Of a stretch of DNA of 64,000 nucleotides, positions 41,204-50,062 are shown piece by piece. A program made the position numbers and the translations under genes. The stretch's first letter is position 1. Every line of letters begins with the position of its first letter. The notes under the pieces are model-generated. The model was not told the DNA's origin, did not search any database, and saw only the letters and a program-made list of their open reading frames with translations. Source of the DNA: Candidatus Kaiserbacteria bacterium (lineage in GTDB: Bacteria > Patescibacteriota > Minisyncoccia > Phycocordibacterales > UBA2100); contig JACROD010000023.1 in assembly GCA_016214605.1 (NCBI GenBank), forward strand, positions 32,428 through 96,427. Reading direction: 5' to 3'.

Positions 41204-44200
41204 TCATAGTTGTATTCCGTGTTTAGTTGCCCATTCGTCCCACTGTTCTTTACTGATGTATAAATCCGGTTTTTCTGGATTATCATTTATACGGCCAATG
41301 GTGATAATACCCTTTCGAGCAATGTTGTAGGCGCCGAGAGAGTCGCCATTCGCCAGATTGATGTCACATGGATTTGGCTTTGGCGCATTGAGGGTTGTGA
41401 AGAATGGAGCAACGGGTGATGCAATGAAGTCGGTCTTATCAGACGAATTTCGGATATCGAGAATGATATTGAAGATATAGATGAATGCCTGGAAGAAGTT
41501 CCTTTCTCGCCCGTCAATCATCTTATAGCTGCTGAGTTCTCCATTTTTCATCTTTTCCTCGATCTTACTTTTTAGGTCGGTCGCTATTTTGTCCTCAAAA
41601 TTCCACGCCTCAAACAGAGACTTGAACATATCGTTCGGATTTACATTCCGAGCATTCCAAACACCTTGTTCGTTTCTCTCGCGACGAATACGTGGCACAT
41701 CTGCATATACCGTCCATAATTTCGATATCGTTTTAGTTTTCTCCTTCTTATCTACAAGTCTAACTGGATCGTAAGTGATAAAGTAGCTTTGCCTTTCTTC
41801 GTTCCAACCAATAGCATCGAAAGATTTAATTGCTTTTTCTAACTTCTCTTTGGTAGCTGAGTTACTGACATACACATTCTTACGGAATCCGGTGACAGGA
41901 TCTGTCGTCGACGTGTATGCTGCTTCAGTGTAGAAGACGATACCGGTCTGATTACCCATGTCTTTGAACGACTCAAACGGCGCGGCGAGTTGATAACCGT
42001 TTAGGACACCGCCTATTTCAAGCTCCGGCCTGTCTTTGAACACCATGTGACCGAGCTTGTCTACGAGTTGCTTTTCGAGCTGTTGGTATACACTCTTTTC
42101 AATACCACTACGAATTTGTTTGAAACGCATGTTGAGATTTTCGAGCACGATAATCGCGTTGTGTTCTATGGCGAGGTCGCAAATCTTTTTGACAGCATGC
42201 GATACATATCCACGCTTGAGGTCTTTGATCTGGCGCACCGGTAACCATGCTTGGCGATTGGCAGTACGTTCTTTCTCCTTGCCATCAAGAAGCTTGTGAT
42301 AGTCGGTGCCGCTAATCTCATTTAGACTCCCTTCGTCGACAATCACACCTTTTTGATTGATCACTGAATAGTATGCGAGATGCTTTTCCCCGCGATCAAT
42401 GCCGATGATGCAAAAGTCTTTTGCGCGCTTCGCGATAAGCTCGGCATTGAGTATCTTATTGAATTGATATTGGCTACGCATTGCATCCGTCCCCGCGTTG
42501 ATCTTGATTGGCACATGGAAGAATACCTTGTCTTCGGTAAAACGTTTGTATTTGGTGATGTCTCGCGGGAAGTTGCGTTTTTCTTTTTCCGGCTCCACCG
42601 ATGCCTCGCGGTAAAAAATCTCCGCATTTCCGGCGAGTTGTACCACAGTCGGTGTCTGTGCGAGATTTGCTTCGGAAAAGAGTTGTGAGAAGTAGAGTGA
42701 ATGCACATTTTTAGTACCCGTTGATCCGCTCGCAAAGTCTTTGCTTTTAATTTTGAACAAATACATCTCTCCTTTTGCAACATGCTCATCAATGTAGTCC
42801 GCATCTACTGGAACAAACTTTATCTTGTAATTTTGCTGTGCAATGTGGTCATTAAATTCACCGATACCCACATATTCCTCTGGTTTCTTCCATGTGAGTC
42901 CAAACGTCTCTTGGTAACCACCTTTGGCGAGACAGTTTTGATAGTACGCAATTAGTCTGGCAGTTTTATTCGCATCAAACTGATTTTTCCACGCACTCTG
43001 ATCTTCCTTTTTTGACTCTTGGAACTTGGCATACTCATCTTTAATCGCCTGCACTTCTGGTGTCCATCCAAACGTTTTTTTGTTGGTTTCCGCGAAAGCC
43101 ACCTTGGGAATCATGCGCTTTGGATCTGGAAACAGTTTGTATTCCATTTTTGAATATCCATTATCACCTGCTCGATACGCTTCGGGGTGTTTCTTCTCCT
43201 CCAGTATGTCACTAAACTGTTTACGCATTATCGCAAGATAATAAGCGCCGTCTTTTCGCAGAATAATGCCCAGCTTCTCTTGCTCTTTGTTTTTGTCCCA
43301 CCCGGAAAGAAGGGTGCCACATTCGAAGTTGAGTTTGACTTTGTTTTCATCGGATGGTTTTTGAGTGAGAAAATTGCGCGCTACATTGTAGAGCGGAAAG
43401 AAAATGTCTTTCGCATATTCTTCGCGATAGGCATCGTAGAATTTTGGGTCGTAACCCTCTTCTGGCTCAACCCAATCTCTCCTGTTTTCCGTCGCAAAGT
43501 ATTTGATCATACGATGCGCATCGCGACAGCTATTAAGGTACGCGCTGATACGATTGATCTGAATTGTCCCCTCATCTTCTTTTTCCTTACGCCTCTGCGA
43601 AAGTGCGCCCGTTGTCCAAAAGGAATCTTTTTTGAGGTCCGCCAAATCAACTGCACTTTCGGCAACACGCGCATCAAGTTCACTCAAGAGTATTGTAATG
43701 AGGTTTGTAAAGTGCCCGACACTCTCGACAAATGCTGCATGTTTCAATATCTCTGACCTGAACAACTCACTCGGTTTCTTCCCTTTATTTATTTCGTTCA
43801 CATCGAGAGCATTCTGTACGTGTTGAAGGGACACAAAATCAGGTAACTCCCCACCTCCACCCTTCGCCGTGCCAACCGCATCGAGAAGTGCGCCCTTGAG
43901 TACACTCCAGTTTGTGAAGTACTTACTCGAAATCGTATTGATCGCACCACTGGAGAAATATATTTTTGACCACTCATACCCACTTTTTTCTGGCATAGTA
44001 AGTGCGTCACGAATGAGCGCCAACATCTTCGTGCAGTAGGCGACATTTTCTTCAGAAAATACCTTTAGTTTCTCCCAGAGTTGGGCATCACCTTTTATCA
44101 CGAGCATCTCAAACACGTCTTTTTCACTCAAAATTTGATTGTGTAATTTTGCCAAAAAACTGATTTTGTTTCCAGTTTTCTGACGGTATTCGTTTACTTT

Positions 44201-45079
44201 TTTATTCACACTTTGCTCAAGCTCGGTACTGCCTCCAAGAACAGTATTGTAAACATCGATTCCGGCTTGCAAAAAACAACGATGATAGGCCTCAACATCG
44301 GTCAGCGCAAGAATCTCGGAATCAGTGAGTCCGATAGCGGTTTTTACTTTCTTATACTCGGATTCAACGATGTGTTTATTGCGCAAAAACTTTTCGAGAT
44401 TTTCGACTACACGTGTAGCCACCGCCGTGCTCGTACCGTCACTCTTGTAGAAATTCTCTCGCGTCTCGTTAAACTTTCCAAAATATGTGAAGAATCCAAA
44501 GAATGTCGAAAACACTTGTGTATCTTCAGCAAACTTATCCATTAGGATATTCAACACCGCTTCGTCAGTGAGAATTTTACAGCCTGTAGATGAGAACTTG
44601 ATTTTCTTTTGCTTGCCTGTGCGCCCAACGGATTCTATTTCTTCATATTGTGCCTTCCACTCATCGCCCATCTCATCAAAGAGACCTGCGACCTCGTACA
44701 AAAGAGCTTTTCTTTCTTTCTCATATGCGCTCTTCTGTTCTTTCGTTTGTGTCTTTTTGGCAACACCGATAAGGGCGTTATATGCACGTACAAAACTTGC
44801 AAGTTTTAACGCACTGACTTTTGATTCTGTAAAAGACGCTTGCACAAACAAACGATGTAATTGGTCCAATCGCACCTTGGTCTTTTGATAGTTTTCCTCG
44901 ACTTTTTTATCTTCTTCAAAAACAGCTTTTAAGGATTCGGAAGTTTTGCCTTGCGGCACCAACTCAAACCGCAATGTCTTCGACAATGCGTATTTGTGAG
45001 TAAAGCTGTCAAACACGGACTTTTGTCCTTCGGGATTCTTTCCACCGGACACAGGCGATCTCTGGGTCATGGTATTCAT
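41204..45079 (-). CDS. cas12a: Cas12a (Cpf1), 1291 aa
   Basis: SKTLRFELVP, GWDKNKE, RuvC IIGIDRGE / IVLENLN / GDSLGAYNIARKG. Confidence 0.97.
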   Translation of the reverse strand: MNTMTQRSPVSGGKNPEGQKSVFDSFTHKYALSKTLRFELVPQGKTSESLKAVFEEDKKVEENYQKTKVRLDQLHRLFVQASFTESKVSALKLASFVRAYNALIGVAKKTQTKEQKSAYEKERKALLYEVAGLFDEMGDEWKAQYEEIESVGRTGKQKKIKFSSTGCKILTDEAVLNILMDKFAEDTQVFSTFFGFFTYFGKFNETRENFYKSDGTSTAVATRVVENLEKFLRNKHIVESEYKKVKTAIGLTDSEILALTDVEAYHRCFLQAGIDVYNTVLGGSTELEQSVNKKVNEYRQKTGNKISFLAKLHNQILSEKDVFEMLVIKGDAQLWEKLKVFSEENVAYCTKMLALIRDALTMPEKSGYEWSKIYFSSGAINTISSKYFTNWSVLKGALLDAVGTAKGGGGELPDFVSLQHVQNALDVNEINKGKKPSELFRSEILKHAAFVESVGHFTNLITILLSELDARVAESAVDLADLKKDSFWTTGALSQRRKEKEDEGTIQINRISAYLNSCRDAHRMIKYFATENRRDWVEPEEGYDPKFYDAYREEYAKDIFFPLYNVARNFLTQKPSDENKVKLNFECGTLLSGWDKNKEQEKLGIILRKDGAYYLAIMRKQFSDILEEKKHPEAYRAGDNGYSKMEYKLFPDPKRMIPKVAFAETNKKTFGWTPEVQAIKDEYAKFQESKKEDQSAWKNQFDANKTARLIAYYQNCLAKGGYQETFGLTWKKPEEYVGIGEFNDHIAQQNYKIKFVPVDADYIDEHVAKGEMYLFKIKSKDFASGSTGTKNVHSLYFSQLFSEANLAQTPTVVQLAGNAEIFYREASVEPEKEKRNFPRDITKYKRFTEDKVFFHVPIKINAGTDAMRSQYQFNKILNAELIAKRAKDFCIIGIDRGEKHLAYYSVINQKGVIVDEGSLNEISGTDYHKLLDGKEKERTANRQAWLPVRQIKDLKRGYVSHAVKKICDLAIEHNAIIVLENLNMRFKQIRSGIEKSVYQQLEKQLVDKLGHMVFKDRPELEIGGVLNGYQLAAPFESFKDMGNQTGIVFYTEAAYTSTTDPVTGFRKNVYVSNSATKEKLEKAIKSFDAIGWNEERQSYFITYDPVRLVDKKEKTKTISKLWTVYADVPRIRRERNEQGVWNARNVNPNDMFKSLFEAWNFEDKIATDLKSKIEEKMKNGELSSYKMIDGRERNFFQAFIYIFNIILDIRNSSDKTDFIASPVAPFFTTLNAPKPNPCDINLANGDSLGAYNIARKGIITIGRINDNPEKPDLYISKEQWDEWATKHGIQL

Positions 45080-45357
45080 TTAAACTATTGGGCTTTGTAT
45101 AAAACCTCCGCCACTCCAAGCCACCGAGGGACGACGGTGATCGCCCGATAGAATGCGTGCCAAACGGCTATGCGAATACCGGAACCGTCGCCCCTCGATG
45201 ATTTCGAGAGGGGCATATATCTACAGGCGATCATGGTAACTATAGACTTTGATCATCAGCCATGCAAACATGCCGCCCTTACGGCAGTTATCAACATTGT
45301 ATGTGTACGGACTTGGTTTATACTTATGCAAAATCATTAATATAAAGATACACGCAT

Positions 45358-45900
45358 ATGCAAGAAACAAATCTGTACACCATTACCATCCCGCCGATGA
45401 AGAAGACGCTCCAGGCGTTTTCGCACATACTCGATAAGGCCGCCGCGCATTCGGAATCCAAGAAGCTCTCTTGGATGGATTTTGAATCCGCGCTTCTGGT
45501 CGACAAGATTATCTTTGATCAGTTCAACTTCACGAGACAGGTCCAAATAGCATCCGACAACGCCAAGGGCATTGCCGCGCGTTTGGCCGAGATCGAGATC
45601 CCGGTCTTTGAGGACAACGAGACCACGATCGTACAGCTCAAGGAGCGTTTGGAAAAAACCATCGCCTTCCTGGAGACCATCAAACCCGAACAGGTCATCG
45701 GCAAAGAAGCCGTGAAGGTCACGCTTTCGTATTTCCCCGGCAAGCATATGACAGGATTCGACTATGTGACCCAGTATGCGATGCCCAATTTTTACTTCCA
45801 TATCACGACCGCATACGACATCTTGCGCAAGAACGGCGTGAATATCGGCAAGGGCGATTATACAGGCACTTTGCCGTTTCGCGACGAGGAAAAGGCCTAA
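45358..45900 (+). CDS. DUF1993 family protein
   Basis: QVQIASD and PNFYFHITTAYDILR. Confidence 0.85.
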   Translation: MQETNLYTITIPPMKKTLQAFSHILDKAAAHSESKKLSWMDFESALLVDKIIFDQFNFTRQVQIASDNAKGIAARLAEIEIPVFEDNETTIVQLKERLEKTIAFLETIKPEQVIGKEAVKVTLSYFPGKHMTGFDYVTQYAMPNFYFHITTAYDILRKNGVNIGKGDYTGTLPFRDEEKA

Positions 45901-45921
45901 TATGCTAAAATGGGCATCTCT

Positions 45922-46683
45922 ATGGCATCAGCACTCAAAATAGAGGGTCTCAAAAAGGTCTACGGCAACGGTGTGGAGGCATTGAAAGGCGTTTCGCTCG
46001 AAATACCCGAGGGTGATTTCTTCGCGCTCTTGGGCTCAAATGGCGCTGGCAAGACGACCATGATCGGTGTCGCGTGCGGTCTGGTCAACAAGACAGGTGG
46101 CTCGGTGAAAGTATTCGGCTACGATATCGACAAACAGCCTGAAATGGCACGTGCGCAGCTCGGCCTCGTCGGGCAAGAGATCAACTTCAACCCTTTCGAA
46201 AGGCCCCTTGATATCGTTGTCAATCAAGCTGGCTACTACGGCGTGCCGCGCTCGGTCGCCATACCGCGCGCCAAGCAACTCCTGACCGATCTTGGATTGG
46301 GTGACAAAATGACCGGCAAGGCGATGCAACTCTCGGGTGGCATGAAGCGCCGACTCATGATCGCGCGCGCCCTCATTCACAAGCCACGCTTCCTCATCCT
46401 CGACGAACCAACAGCTGGTGTCGATGTCGAACTGCGCCATGGCATGTGGAAGTATCTACAGGCGCTTACGAAAGAGGGCTTGACCGTGCTTTTGACCACT
46501 CACTATCTCGAAGAAGCCGAACAGCTCGCCAAGCATGTCGCGATCATTCGCAAGGGAGAAATCGTTGCCAACGGCACCATGGACGATATCTTGGCGCTCC
46601 ACGACGAAGCGAAGGCCGCAAAGAGCGGCTTCCGCGGTGGCAAGCTTGAGGAAGTATTCATTCAGCTTACGAGCGAAACATAG
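45922..46683 (+). CDS. ABC transporter ATP-binding protein (YadG-like)
   Basis: GSNGAGKTT, LSGGMKRR, ILDEPT. Confidence 0.93.
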   Translation: MASALKIEGLKKVYGNGVEALKGVSLEIPEGDFFALLGSNGAGKTTMIGVACGLVNKTGGSVKVFGYDIDKQPEMARAQLGLVGQEINFNPFERPLDIVVNQAGYYGVPRSVAIPRAKQLLTDLGLGDKMTGKAMQLSGGMKRRLMIARALIHKPRFLILDEPTAGVDVELRHGMWKYLQALTKEGLTVLLTTHYLEEAEQLAKHVAIIRKGEIVANGTMDDILALHDEAKAAKSGFRGGKLEEVFIQLTSET

Positions 46684-46685
46684 TT

Positions 46686-47156
46686 ATGGAAAACCTCAGT
46701 CGCAGAAATTTTCTAAAGAATGCCGGTGCAACTCTCGCGGCAACGGCAGTCGGCATACCCAGTTTAGAGGCACACGCTTCTGGAGTTATAGGCGAGACCT
46801 ATTCGCATGCCGAACGTGATCAAGCGCTTGCGGCTGGCCTAGATCTTTATACTCAATTACTCGAGAACAATCCGAACACCAAGGAAAAATTGAAAGATTA
46901 TATGTTCTCCATGTCGGACGTTCGCGGAGGTTCGCGCAATCATATAGAAACGTATGAAGCATATGTCATTCATCGCAAAGAGGTATCTGTCGATGAGGGC
47001 TTCATGACCATCGGCGGGGCAACCCTCATCAGTCCCGGAGACCTGGATAAGCAACATCCTGGTGTTCATGCCGTAATACCAGCTGAAATAGGAATGAAAT
47101 ACGAACGCTTCCTCGATCTCTTTAATAGATTTGTGAAGTCGTATAAGGCAAAATAA
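46686..47156 (+). CDS. Hypothetical protein with twin-arginine-like signal
   Basis: SRRNFLK, hydrophobic stretch, AHA. Confidence 0.65.
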   Translation: MENLSRRNFLKNAGATLAATAVGIPSLEAHASGVIGETYSHAERDQALAAGLDLYTQLLENNPNTKEKLKDYMFSMSDVRGGSRNHIETYEAYVIHRKEVSVDEGFMTIGGATLISPGDLDKQHPGVHAVIPAEIGMKYERFLDLFNRFVKSYKAK

Positions 47157-47160
47157 CTCT

Positions 47161-47943
47161 ATGAATACTTACCAACAATGGATCTCATTCTACACCATGC
47201 TGCGCAAAGACGTGGTACGTATCGTGCGCATCTGGCCGCAGACGCTCCTGCCGTCGATTGTCACGTCTTCGCTCTACTTCGCCATCTTTGGCGCGGTGCT
47301 CGGATCGCGCATCGGCCCCATGCAAGGTGTCGATTATATGTCGTTCGTTGTGCCGGGTCTCGTGATGCAAGCAGTCATCACCTCGGCGTACGCCAACACA
47401 TCATTCACCTTCTTTTCATCAAAATTCTTCGCGCGCTCCATCGACGAGATATTGGTCTCCCCGACGCCGCCGTGGCTCTTGATCGCCGGATTCATCTCTG
47501 GCGGCATCGTACGCGCGCTTTTGGTCGGGGTCCTCGTCATCATCGTGTCGCTTCTCTTCACACACCTGTCGCTTACGATCACCAATCTCGCGGTCATTCT
47601 CGCATTCGGTTTGCTCACGGCGCTCCTCTTCTCACTCGCTGGCCTCGTCAATGGTATCTATGCCAAATCCATCGACGGAATCAACATCGTACCGACCTTT
47701 GTACTGACGCCCATGGTGTATCTCGGCGGCGTTTTCTATTCGATCAAGACGCTACCGCCACTCGTCCAGACACTCTCACACTTTAATCCCATTTTTTACC
47801 TCATCAACGGTTTCCGCTACGGCTTTTTGGGTATTTCCGACGTGGCACTCGGTACGGCCGCAGGGGTTTTGATCGCACTGGTCGTGATCCTTATTGGCAT
47901 CAATTGGTACCTCATCCGCACCGGCTTGGGTCTGAGACAGTAG
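47161..47943 (+). CDS. ABC-2 permease (YadH-like)
   Basis: QTLLP, YLGGVFYSI, NPIFYLINGFRYGF. Confidence 0.92.
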   Translation: MNTYQQWISFYTMLRKDVVRIVRIWPQTLLPSIVTSSLYFAIFGAVLGSRIGPMQGVDYMSFVVPGLVMQAVITSAYANTSFTFFSSKFFARSIDEILVSPTPPWLLIAGFISGGIVRALLVGVLVIIVSLLFTHLSLTITNLAVILAFGLLTALLFSLAGLVNGIYAKSIDGINIVPTFVLTPMVYLGGVFYSIKTLPPLVQTLSHFNPIFYLINGFRYGFLGISDVALGTAAGVLIALVVILIGINWYLIRTGLGLRQ

Positions 47944-48024
47944 AAAGTATCGGATTGACGACTTTGCCAAGAAGACCTATAGTCACGACTAGTATTTGGC
48001 AGACTCGAAAAGGAGCAGAAGAAT

Positions 48025-48174
48025 ATGAGCACTACAAAGGTAGTTATCCCTTGGCGTGCGGTGATCGTCAGCGTGATGCTTGCGATGGGTGTCGCGGCGC
48101 TTTCGGTCGGCTTCCTCGCGGGTTCTCCCGCGCTCCAGGAGGCCTATAATCCGGCCTTCCACAAAAAACACTGA
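48025..48174 (+). CDS. Small membrane ORFan (49 aa; may continue by frameshift to 48295)
   Basis: TTGACG-N17-TATAGT, AAGGAG, MSTTKVVIPWRAVIVSVMLAMGV; terminator at about 48302-48331. Confidence 0.45.
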   Translation: MSTTKVVIPWRAVIVSVMLAMGVAALSVGFLAGSPALQEAYNPAFHKKH

Positions 48175-48633
48175 TCGGACATCAGTAAAGGAGGAGATCT
48201 CACACTCGCAGGGTTCGCTCTTATCGGCCTTCCTCGTCTATTCTGGTGACCAAGATCCCCCATTCCTCATCTGGCGAGTCTTGTTTGGTGAGTGATCTTT
48301 CAGGATCCCGGATCAACTCCGGGATCTTTTTGCATAAAAAGATCCCCGTTTTTGGACGGGGATCGAGATCTCGGGGAAAGGTTACGAAGATGTGACCTTC
48401 AGCCCTTCTTTTTTGTGCGTCTTGGGATAGGTCGGGTGGTTATCCCGCGCCCAACGAATTCCCGGGCGCGCGCCCGGGAAACCTCCTGAATTTTGTTTTC
48501 CTTCGCTACACTCGGAAGTGTATCCTCGTAGCGGAGATTCCTTGCGGAAAGTTCGCGGATGAAGCATCGAAACGACCATGACATGATACCTCTCTCCCTT
48601 GACCAGGCCTCCGTAGATACTATAACACTTATA

Positions 48634-49149
48634 TCATTCACGCGCAAGATCTACCCAGCGGTAGGTGATATCGCCCCATTTTTGCTCTTTTCCGGAGATC
48701 TTTTTGGTAAACTGATCTTCGTACGGAGGGAAATACGAATCCCCCTCCTTGTCGTCGTCGACAAGTGTCATATAGAGTTTGTCCACGTATGGAAGTGCGG
48801 CCTTGTATATCTCGCCGCCACCGCCGATGAATATCTCCTCCTGGTCGATCTCCTTTGCCCGATCAATCGCCTCTTCGAGCGAATGTGCAACGATCACGCC
48901 GTCGTAGCCCCACGAGACATCGCGCGTCACCACGATATTGGTACGCCTGGGCAAAGGCCTGCCCAGTAGTGCAACGATAGACTCGAAGGTCTTACGGCCC
49001 ATAATGATCGGGTGATCGAGAGTGAGCTCCTTGAACCGCTTGAGATCCTCGGGTATGTGCCAGAGGAGCTTGCCATCCTTGCCGAGGGCCCCGTTCCACT
49101 GGCGACCATTGCCTATCGCTGCCACGATGCTGATCTGAGGTTTTTTCAT
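48634..49149 (-). CDS. folA: Dihydrofolate reductase
   Basis: WHIPEDLKRFK, IMGRKTFES, IGGG. Confidence 0.95.
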   Translation of the reverse strand: MKKPQISIVAAIGNGRQWNGALGKDGKLLWHIPEDLKRFKELTLDHPIIMGRKTFESIVALLGRPLPRRTNIVVTRDVSWGYDGVIVAHSLEEAIDRAKEIDQEEIFIGGGGEIYKAALPYVDKLYMTLVDDDKEGDSYFPPYEDQFTKKISGKEQKWGDITYRWVDLARE

Positions 49150-49305
49150 ATATCGTCTCTATCGAGTAAAAATACTCTTCTTCCCGAAAGAGAAGTTTAT
49201 CATATAAACATGCCCGACTATCAAGATTGACCCTACTCATCTAAGAACTACAATGCTTTTAGTCGCGACACAGAGTTGCGAATTACATAGTTAGCGGAGG
49301 CCATC

Positions 49306-50007
49306 ATGGACTGGCTGTCAGATCTATCTGACCCGGCTCCTATTGCAGAGCCGCTTAGAGTAGTCAAAACCCACTTGAATCACGAGGTGTTTTTGATTGA
49401 TCGATACGTTTGGGATGGCTGGAGTTCGGAGAATTATGGCCAATGCCGTGTCGACCTGTCGCAGGGGTATTTTACCTTCATTGATGCGACGGTCGTCGAC
49501 CTCGTGTCGGATCGCTCCTGGCACGCGAACATCCAGCGAGATCCGCACACAGGCAAAATACTCAAGGTGTACGCCGTAGCCACTATACAGGGCAAGAAGG
49601 TGACCTTGCATCGGCTTGTCACAGACGCAGGCAAAGGCGTGATCGTCGATCACTTCAACGGCTTGTCACTCGACAATCGGCGATGTAATCTCCGCGCCAC
49701 CACACAGGCCATCAATGTAGCGGGTGCGATCGGTCGAAAGCGTTCGCGCCACAGCGATCTGAATAGTTTTCGCGGGGTCGAAATACGCGGCAAGGGTAGG
49801 TTTGGATGGGAGCTCAAGTTTCATAAAAAGACCTACCGGTCGAAACAAACATGGGACACAGCCAAAGGGGCGCATGACGCGTATTTGGAGGAACATAAGA
49901 AGTTCTTCGGGCATTCTTGTGTCGATGTGGCGGTTGCTCATAAATCGTACCCTATCTTCCCGCCGACTTATCAAGAAGCAGAAGAAGGGACCTATATTCC
50001 CTTCTAA
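49306..50007 (+). CDS. Free-standing HNH endonuclease with AP2-like C-terminal domain
   Basis: LHRLV, VDHFNGLSLDNRRCNLR, FRGV...AHDAY. Confidence 0.8.
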   Translation: MDWLSDLSDPAPIAEPLRVVKTHLNHEVFLIDRYVWDGWSSENYGQCRVDLSQGYFTFIDATVVDLVSDRSWHANIQRDPHTGKILKVYAVATIQGKKVTLHRLVTDAGKGVIVDHFNGLSLDNRRCNLRATTQAINVAGAIGRKRSRHSDLNSFRGVEIRGKGRFGWELKFHKKTYRSKQTWDTAKGAHDAYLEEHKKFFGHSCVDVAVAHKSYPIFPPTYQEAEEGTYIPF

Positions 50008-50062
50008 TGAACGCCGTGACACTATTACGGCGTTCTTTTTTGCAAAAAAAGACCCCGATACG

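Noticed and set aside
45159-45254. Degenerate CRISPR repeats upstream of cas12a (gccaaacggctat, atctaca)
   Set aside because: Only about half the positions match and the Cas12a handle stem is not preserved.
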